A stretch of 5,630 bases of DNA, taken from positions 1 through 5,630 of IMG/VR virus record IMGVR_UViG_3300038566_000082; one strand, written 5' to 3'. Below the pieces are notes generated by a model. The model saw nothing but the letters and a program-made list of their open reading frames with translations, did no database searches and was not told the origin of the DNA. This DNA comes from a virus. Of this stretch, positions 1 to 4,996 are shown one piece after another. Every line of letters begins with the position of its first letter. Position 1 is the first letter of the stretch. The translations under genes and the position numbers were made by a program.

Positions 1-99
1 AGGAACTCTATAAAGCGGATGAAATAACAACCAAAATAAGAGCAAATCTAGCAGAAGCAAAAAAACTCGAAACAGAGGGTAAACTACTAAAAGATCAAT
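1..99. repeat. Terminal direct repeat, left copy. It is identical to 5532..5630 and marks a circular molecule (assembly overlap).
   Basis: I read both ends: aggaactctataaagcggatgaaataacaacc...aaactactaaaagatcaat occurs at 1..99 and again at 5532..5630. Base 100 (a) continues the reading frame that is open at 5630. Confidence 0.95.
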
Positions 100-452
100 A
101 CAGCGATCTAGTAAAAATAACAGCAGAAGAAGCAATAGGAGTAGGACTAAAAAATATACTAACAAAAGCACAAACAGGACTAACAGAAGAACAAACACAA
201 GCAACAATAACAGGCATACAGCAAAAATGGGCAGACCAACAAATAAAAATGCGGGAACTAGGAATAAAGGATAAAGAAAGGCAAATAAAGGAATTTGAAG
301 CTAATCTAAAAGGAGAGTTTCCAAATGTATGGAACGTAGCAGGGGAATTACTACAAATGCTAATAGATGAAGGATTAAGTATGTCAGAGACATTTAAAAG
401 TAAAGAAAACAGAGACAGAAAAGAATATCCTAGAAAGGTAGAATATAAATAA
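3..452 (+). CDS. VP2: VP2-like DNA pilot/minor capsid protein, C-terminal portion. It is 5'-partial in the window and continues the ORF that starts at 4997. Positions 3..99 duplicate 5534..5630.
   Basis: Frame 3 is open from the first base to TAA at 450..452. The track ORF 249..452 is only an internal Met of this frame. The translation ...EELYKADEITTKIRANLAEAKKLETEGKLLKDQYSDLVKITAEEAIGVGLKNILTKAQTGLTEEQTQATITGIQQKWADQQIKMRELGIKDKERQIKEFEANLKGEFPNVWNVAGELLQML... is long, helical and heptad-like, as expected for a pilot protein. Confidence 0.85.
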   Translation, partial: ELYKADEITTKIRANLAEAKKLETEGKLLKDQYSDLVKITAEEAIGVGLKNILTKAQTGLTEEQTQATITGIQQKWADQQIKMRELGIKDKERQIKEFEANLKGEFPNVWNVAGELLQMLIDEGLSMSETFKSKENRDRKEYPRKVEYK

Positions 453-466
453 CTAAACCCCCCCAA

Positions 467-490
467 CCCCCCCGAAAACATTCGGGGGGG
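467..490 (+). terminator. Very stable GC hairpin 15 nt after the VP2 stop codon. The stem is 10 bp (cccccccgaa/ttcggggggg) and the loop is aaca. It may be a terminator or an ssDNA structural signal. There is no U-tract.
   Basis: 467..476 cccccccgaa is the exact reverse complement of 481..490 ttcggggggg. A second C7 run at 458..464 could pair with the G7 run instead. The flanking 3' sequence is aatatgcgag, not a T-run. Confidence 0.45.
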
Positions 491-740
491 AATATGCGAG
501 AATAGGAGGGGAAAATATATAAGTGAAGAATAAGAATAAATTATAATATTAACACCTCCACGCTCGCAAGATAGTAGGACAGGAAAGGAAGATAACACGC
601 TCAATAAACAGAGAGCAATAGCAATACAATTAATAAACGTTTACCAGTAAACGACAAAAGAGCCAACACGCAAATCAGTGGCTTAACCCCGATTACACAC
701 AGGCCAATGCGGGGAACTGCACGCAAAATTTACGGATTAT

Positions 741-778
741 CCGGCGCGGGCTTCGCCCTGACCCTTCGGGTTGGCCGG
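741..778 (+). promoter_or_regulatory. GC-rich three-way-junction-like element upstream of the Rep gene. It is a candidate ssDNA origin or primosome signal, or a regulatory structure.
   Basis: The outer stem is ccggc (741..745) paired with gccgg (774..778). It encloses two tandem 4-bp hairpins, each with a ttc loop: gggc-ttc-gccc (748..758) and accc-ttc-gggt (761..771). This is the most GC-rich spot in an otherwise A-rich genome. Confidence 0.4.
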
Positions 779-824
779 CTTAATCCAAATTTCTGCTAAG
801 GCCAAAAAGAGAGATTATAAGGTA

Positions 825-1859
825 ATGTGTCTATATCCAAAGTTAATACCAAATCCAAAGTATAGAGCCAATAAGAAAAACGGCTACAATCCGCCAATCC
901 CTAAAGATGACCGGGTACTATTCGTACCGATAGGGTGCGGGCAATGTATGGAATGTAGAAAACAAAAGGCAAGAGCATGGCAAGTAAGACTACACGAAGA
1001 AATAAGGACAACAAAGTTAAATAAGTACTTTACAACCTTTTCTTTTAGTGATGAAAGTTTGAATAAATTAGAAAGTAAAGTACATAAGAAACATAAAAAA
1101 GCTATAAATAAGCATAATAAAGACAGGCCACACGATAAAATAAAATATAAGAAATTAGAAGGTTATACACTAGATAATGCGATAGCAAAGTTAGCAGTAA
1201 GATATTATCTAGAGAATTGGAGGAAAGAGTTTAAGAAATCAGTAAGACACTGGTTCGTTACTGAACTAGGACAAAAAAACACTGAAAGAATCCATATACA
1301 TGGAATAATGCTAACAGAACACGACGAAGAAACAATTAAAAGGAAATGGCCATACGGAACAACATATATCGGGGATTATGTAAACGAAAAAACAATAAAC
1401 TACATAGTAAAATACATATACAAAGTAGAGGAAAAACATAAATATTTCAGACCAATAATATTAACAAGTCCGGGAATAGGTAAAGGATATATGGATAGAA
1501 AAGATCATATAAATAACAAATATAAAGGAAAGAATACTAACACTTTATATAAAACTAGATCAGGTATTAAATTACCGCTACCAATATACTACAGGAATAA
1601 AATATATAGTGAAGAAGAAAAGGAAGATTTATGGTTAAATCTATTAGACGAAGAAACAAGATATGTAGACGGAATAAAGATTAGTGTTAAAGATGGTGAT
1701 GAAACAGATTATTGGAAAGTAGTAAAGCAAATAAGACATAAAAACAGAATACTAGGATACGGAAATAACGAAATAAATGAAGATGATAAAGAGTATGAGC
1801 AACAACTAAGAAACTTGAAACACGCTCAAAGATTTGCAAAATTGAATAAATTAAAATAG
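825..1859 (+). CDS. VP4: Replication initiation protein. It is a Microviridae VP4 / phiX174 gene A-type HUH rolling-circle endonuclease of 344 aa.
   Basis: The N-terminus is MCLYPKLIPNPKY, followed by a Cys cluster (GCGQCMECRKQKARAW). RCR motif 1 is YFTTFSFSDE, the HUH-type motif 2 is ERIHIHGIM, and the catalytic Tyr motif 3 is NYIVKYIYK (Y-x-x-K-Y, as in YVAKYVNK of phiX174 protein A). I prefer ATG at 825 over the TTG at 771 used by the ORF track, because 771 lies inside the GC hairpin element. Confidence 0.9.
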   Translation: MCLYPKLIPNPKYRANKKNGYNPPIPKDDRVLFVPIGCGQCMECRKQKARAWQVRLHEEIRTTKLNKYFTTFSFSDESLNKLESKVHKKHKKAINKHNKDRPHDKIKYKKLEGYTLDNAIAKLAVRYYLENWRKEFKKSVRHWFVTELGQKNTERIHIHGIMLTEHDEETIKRKWPYGTTYIGDYVNEKTINYIVKYIYKVEEKHKYFRPIILTSPGIGKGYMDRKDHINNKYKGKNTNTLYKTRSGIKLPLPIYYRNKIYSEEEKEDLWLNLLDEETRYVDGIKISVKDGDETDYWKVVKQIRHKNRILGYGNNEINEDDKEYEQQLRNLKHAQRFAKLNKLK

Positions 1860-1907
1860 GTTTACAACTCATTCAACGTAATTATTAACTAAAAAATCAA
1901 AAAAAAC

Positions 1908-2156
1908 ATGGAAACAATTGAAATTATCAAACTAGTAATTGCTATAATATTAGCACTTTACGAAGTAGTAATCAGACTAATACCAACAGAAGGTAAATGG
2001 TCAATCGTTCACAAAGTAATTGAATTTATAAAGTGGATAAGTGAAAAGCTGGATAATGCAGGGGATAGGGCAGAGGCCAGACAAGCGAAAGCAGTCGAAA
2101 GGGAAAACAAAAAATTGGTTAAAATGCAAATGAAAGCGAAAAACAAAATTAAATAG
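1908..2156 (+). CDS. Hypothetical small membrane protein of 82 aa, with an N-terminal hydrophobic helix and a basic C-terminal tail. It is a candidate lysis or membrane-acting protein.
   Basis: The sequence is METIEIIKLVIAIILALYEVVIRLIPTEGKW..., followed by an amphipathic stretch (VHKVIEFIKWISEKL) and then RAEARQAKAVERENKKLVKMQMKAKNKIK. It sits on the genome's coding strand, uses the same A-ending codon style as the core genes, and is tightly packed between Rep and the next ORF. Confidence 0.6.
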   Translation: METIEIIKLVIAIILALYEVVIRLIPTEGKWSIVHKVIEFIKWISEKLDNAGDRAEARQAKAVERENKKLVKMQMKAKNKIK

Positions 2157-2162
2157 TATGGT

Positions 2163-2360
2163 ATGGAAATTAAAAAGTACTATTCGGTGGCCACCTTCAT
2201 AGATTTAGACACAGGCGAAATAATACCAAAATTTAAAATTAAAAACAATAAATATTATGTCACAGACAAAGAAACAAAATTCACAGACAAAGGGGAATTC
2301 ATTGAAAAATCCATTATCTACAAGTGCAGAAGAATTGGACAACTTGAGATCAATTGGTAA
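2163..2360 (+). CDS. Hypothetical protein of 65 aa. Its 3' 104 nt overlap the next ORF in a different frame.
   Basis: The ATG is 6 nt after the previous stop. The translation MEIKKYYSVATFIDLDTGEIIPKFKIKNNKYYVTDKETKFTDKGEFIEKSIIYKCRRIGQLEINW is not low-complexity. I recognise no motif. Confidence 0.4.
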   Translation: MEIKKYYSVATFIDLDTGEIIPKFKIKNNKYYVTDKETKFTDKGEFIEKSIIYKCRRIGQLEINW

Positions 2361-2565
2361 AGAACTAGTAAAAAGGAAGGAAATAAATAATACACCCTTC
2401 ACAGTAATAACAACAGAAAAAGGTTCATTCGGAACAATGGGAAAATACAGACTAACAGAAGTATTTGAAACAGAAAAAGAAGCTATAACAAACGTCCAGA
2501 AAATGACGTGGAATAGAATAGTACAAGTAACAAGTTTAATAACTAAAGATTTAATTGAAGCATGA
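2257..2565 (+). CDS. Hypothetical protein of 102 aa. Its stop overlaps the capsid start (ATGA), which suggests translational coupling.
   Basis: The C-terminal two thirds (NNTPFTVITTEKGSFGTMGKYRLTEVFETEKEAITNVQKMTWNRIVQVTSLITKDLIEA) look like a folded domain. The TGA at 2563..2565 overlaps the VP1 ATG at 2562..2564. The only upstream ATG in this frame is at 2257, inside the preceding ORF. Confidence 0.6.
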   Translation: MSQTKKQNSQTKGNSLKNPLSTSAEELDNLRSIGKELVKRKEINNTPFTVITTEKGSFGTMGKYRLTEVFETEKEAITNVQKMTWNRIVQVTSLITKDLIEA

Positions 2566-4556
2566 AAACACAAATTGGAGGAGACCGCATAGGTTCAGGA
2601 AACAAACAAGAAGTATCGTTAAAGAATTTCGGAAGAAGTACGCACGATTTAAGTTATTTATGGAGGTCTAGCATGGCAAGCGGAACACTAGTGCCATTTA
2701 TAGATGAACTAGCACTTCCCGGTGATGCAATAGACATAGATTTAAACATCGAATGTAAAACATTACCAACAATAGGGCCACTTTTCGGGAGCTATAAAAT
2801 ACAACTTGATGTATTTGAAATACCATTAAGACTATATAACGCTAAACTTCATATGAATAAGCTGAATATAGGTATGGACATGGGAAGTATATATTTACCT
2901 CAGGTAGAATTAAGGACTAACAACCACGCAGATTATGTACAAAAATTCACAGACAATGAGCATATAAACCCAAGTTGTGTATTTAGATATCTAGGTATGA
3001 CGGGATTAGGAAGAATAACAGGAACAACAAACCCAGCAACTAGAGAAATGAATGCCTGCTCGTATCTTTCAATGTGGGATGTATACAAAAATTACTACGC
3101 AAATAAACAAGAGGAAAAAGGTTATGTAATACACTCAACAAGCTCAGGAATAGCAGAAGCAACAACAGCAATAGGTGCAGTAAAACAAGACAGTTACGGA
3201 AACCAACTAAACATATTAGATAATGCAGAAACAGCAGTAACCGGTGAACTAATATTAGTACAATATCCAACTAACTGCCCTGACTTATCATATCCAGGTA
3301 ACCAAACTGTAGAAGATAACGGAGCAGGGCCTGCAGTATTTAGCGATATGTGTGAAAATGTAGACTGGAACAACACAACTAAACTATTACAAGGAACGTT
3401 GAAAAGTGCATACACAGGACACACGATAAATATTATACCTGATAGTATGGCTAGTGATACAGACTTTGAAATTTCGCAACCGGTGGCGTTCGATTTAGCT
3501 AGAATAGACGATATGAGAGAAAATATTCTACAGTATGCAGGTGCTGGCGCATATGTAATAGATTCATCAGATAATGAGCCTTATTCATGGCCATTAAAAA
3601 GTGTAAGAGGTTCAAATGAAACTGTAACATATGGAATGCAATATTCACAGGAAGGACTACCAATAAAAACATATCAATCAGACCTATTCAATAATTGGAT
3701 GGAAACAGAATGGTTAGACGGTGTGGACGGAGTAAACCAAGTTACTGCAATAGATACAAGCGGTGGCGAGTTTACAATAGATGCGCTAAACCTTGCTACA
3801 AAAGTATATAACATGCTTAATAGAATAGCAATATCAGGCGGTTCATATGATGACTGGCTAGACGCAGTATATACACAAGATAGAGTAAAAGCAATTGAAA
3901 GCCCTGTATATCATGGTTCGTTGATAAAAGAGTTAGCATTTGAAGAAGTAATAAGTAATTCATCAGGTGCAGGTGCAGAAAGCGAATACCAGCCATTAGG
4001 GCAATTAGCTGGAAGGGGAAGATTAACTAACAAGCATAAGGGCGGTAAAATGCGTATAAAAGTAAATGAGCCGTCTATAATACTAGGTCTAGCATCAATA
4101 ACTCCGAGAATTGAATATTCACAGGGTAACAAATGGCATGTAAATTTGAAAACTTATGATGACTTTCACAAACCAAGCCTTGATGCAATAGGATTCCAAG
4201 ATTTAATAATAGAGCAGATGCTTGCAACCGATACAGCATTAAACAGTGATACAGGAGAATTAACACAACACTCAATAGGTAAGCAGCCAGCATGGATTAA
4301 CTATATGACTAATGTAAATAAAGTATATGGTAATTTTGCAGACCAAAATAAAGAGATGTTTATGACATTGAATAGAAGGTACGAAGCTGATGAAGATGAC
4401 GGGACTATACTAGATGCAACAACTTATATAGACCCTAGTAAATTTAACCACATCTTTGCAGATACAAACCCAGACAGTCAAAACTTCTGGATGCATATAG
4501 CAGTAAATATGTTTGCAAGGAGGAAAATGAGTGCTAAAGTAATACCAAACTTATAA
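2562..4556 (+). CDS. VP1: Major capsid protein, Microviridae VP1 / phiX174 F family, 664 aa.
   Basis: The N-terminal block is GRSTHDLSYLWRSSMASGTLVPFIDELALPGDAIDIDL...FGSYKIQLDVFEIPLRLYN, which carries the R-S-x-H-D-L-S and LPGD signatures of microvirus capsid proteins. It also has MWDVYKNYYAN, GGSYDDWLDAVY and a C-terminal FWMHIAVNMFARR. It is the largest ORF in the genome, as expected for this protein. Confidence 0.95.
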   Translation: MKTQIGGDRIGSGNKQEVSLKNFGRSTHDLSYLWRSSMASGTLVPFIDELALPGDAIDIDLNIECKTLPTIGPLFGSYKIQLDVFEIPLRLYNAKLHMNKLNIGMDMGSIYLPQVELRTNNHADYVQKFTDNEHINPSCVFRYLGMTGLGRITGTTNPATREMNACSYLSMWDVYKNYYANKQEEKGYVIHSTSSGIAEATTAIGAVKQDSYGNQLNILDNAETAVTGELILVQYPTNCPDLSYPGNQTVEDNGAGPAVFSDMCENVDWNNTTKLLQGTLKSAYTGHTINIIPDSMASDTDFEISQPVAFDLARIDDMRENILQYAGAGAYVIDSSDNEPYSWPLKSVRGSNETVTYGMQYSQEGLPIKTYQSDLFNNWMETEWLDGVDGVNQVTAIDTSGGEFTIDALNLATKVYNMLNRIAISGGSYDDWLDAVYTQDRVKAIESPVYHGSLIKELAFEEVISNSSGAGAESEYQPLGQLAGRGRLTNKHKGGKMRIKVNEPSIILGLASITPRIEYSQGNKWHVNLKTYDDFHKPSLDAIGFQDLIIEQMLATDTALNSDTGELTQHSIGKQPAWINYMTNVNKVYGNFADQNKEMFMTLNRRYEADEDDGTILDATTYIDPSKFNHIFADTNPDSQNFWMHIAVNMFARRKMSAKVIPNL

Positions 4557-4566
4557 AATAGAAATT

Positions 4567-4911
4567 ATGTACAGAAAACCAAAAATGAATAAGACCCCAT
4601 TAAGGGGGGTCTCCTCAGTAGAAGGGGAAACAATTGAGACTAAAGTAACAAGATTGTTAAACAATAAAGAACCTATAAAAGACGGAGCACCTGAAATATA
4701 CACAGAGAGAAAGCAAGGAGTATTACAAGGGTATAATATACGTACTGATAGGTGGGAAGTAGCAGCCGAAGCGATGGACAAAGTAAACGCATCGAGAGAA
4801 GCAAAAAGGGACAATAAACCCGGTACTAAAACAGAGGAAGAAGGAAAAGAAAAGGTACAAGAGAAAAATATCGGGGAACCCGAGCCTACACATGGCGAAG
4901 CTGATAAATAA
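4567..4911 (+). CDS. Conserved small microvirus protein of 114 aa, in the scaffold or minor structural position immediately downstream of VP1. Its function is not established. An alternative start lies at 4585.
   Basis: The sequence is MYRKPKMNKTPLRGVSSVEGETIETKVTRLLNNKEPIKDGAPEIYTERKQGVLQGYNIRTDRWEVAAEAMDKV..., followed by a charged, apparently disordered tail and a double stop (taa taa). From memory, the IYTERK-GV----NIRTDR-E-A-EAMD block recurs in small proteins of gut-type microviruses, and it does not resemble the chlamydiaphage VP3 scaffold. Confidence 0.7.
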   Translation: MYRKPKMNKTPLRGVSSVEGETIETKVTRLLNNKEPIKDGAPEIYTERKQGVLQGYNIRTDRWEVAAEAMDKVNASREAKRDNKPGTKTEEEGKEKVQEKNIGEPEPTHGEADK

Positions 4912-4935
4912 TAACAGTCAAGATTAACAGAGTAC

Positions 4936-4975
4936 GCATGTATACTTCTTTATCAAGGGGAGTATACATGCTTTT
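4936..4975 (+). terminator. Rho-independent-terminator-like hairpin between the 114-aa ORF and VP2.
   Basis: gcatgtatact (4936..4946) is the perfect reverse complement of agtatacatgc (4961..4971). That gives an 11-bp stem and a 14-nt loop, followed directly by tttt (4972..4975). Confidence 0.55.
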
Positions 4976-4996
4976 AATAAATAAAAGCACGAAAAT

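Noticed and set aside
249-452. 67-aa + ORF listed as a separate gene.
   Set aside because: It is just an internal Met in the VP2 reading frame, which is open from base 3 (and from 4997 across the junction).
494-545. Possible micro-ORFs in the non-coding region (atg at 494; aggagg at 504..509 followed by gtg at 523).
   Set aside because: Both hit stop codons within 3 to 8 codons.
542-547. tataat hexamer as a sigma70 -10 box for a Rep promoter.
   Set aside because: The sequence 17 nt upstream (ataagt) is a poor -35, and AT-rich hexamers are frequent here. I mention it only in passing under the ori-like block.
95-604. 169-aa minus-strand ORF, and likewise the other minus-strand ORFs at 1687..1872, 2205..2573, 3040..3270, 3194..3424, 3911..4132, 4075..4293, 4551..4814, 5275..5529 and 5364..5591.
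   Set aside because: All of them lie antisense to recognisable microvirus genes. Their products are Leu/Ser/Phe/Cys-rich low-complexity sequences, as expected from translating the T-rich complement of an A-rich coding strand. Known Microviridae encode all genes on one strand.
594-604. 11-mer aacacgctcaa repeated at 594..604 and 1819..1829 (inside the VP4 3' end).
   Set aside because: A single 11-nt match within 5.5 kb of compositionally biased sequence is expected by chance. It has no flanking similarity.
771-824. TTG start at 771 extending the Rep ORF by 18 codons (MAGLIQISAKAKKRDYKV).
   Set aside because: The TTG lies inside the GC-rich hairpin element. The ATG at 825 gives the MCLYPK... 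N-terminus typical of microvirus VP4 proteins.
2163-2565. Programmed frameshift fusing the 65-aa and 102-aa ORFs.
   Set aside because: A fusion would need a +1 shift (frame 3 to frame 1), and I see no recognisable slippery or stall motif in 2257..2360. I kept it only as an alternative inside the overlap finding.
4141-4515. Matches to the Bacteroides -7 promoter motif TAnnTTTG at 4141..4148 (taaatttg), around 4331..4338 (taattttg) and 4508..4515 (tatgtttg).
   Set aside because: All three lie inside the VP1 coding sequence, and short motifs like this are expected by chance in AT-rich DNA. Only 4508..4515, about 50 nt before the 114-aa ORF, is even positionally plausible.
4516-4530. aaggaggaaaatg, a strong SD-like sequence plus ATG near the end of VP1.
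   Set aside because: The ATG is in frame with VP1 and only 10 codons from its stop, so no independent product is plausible.
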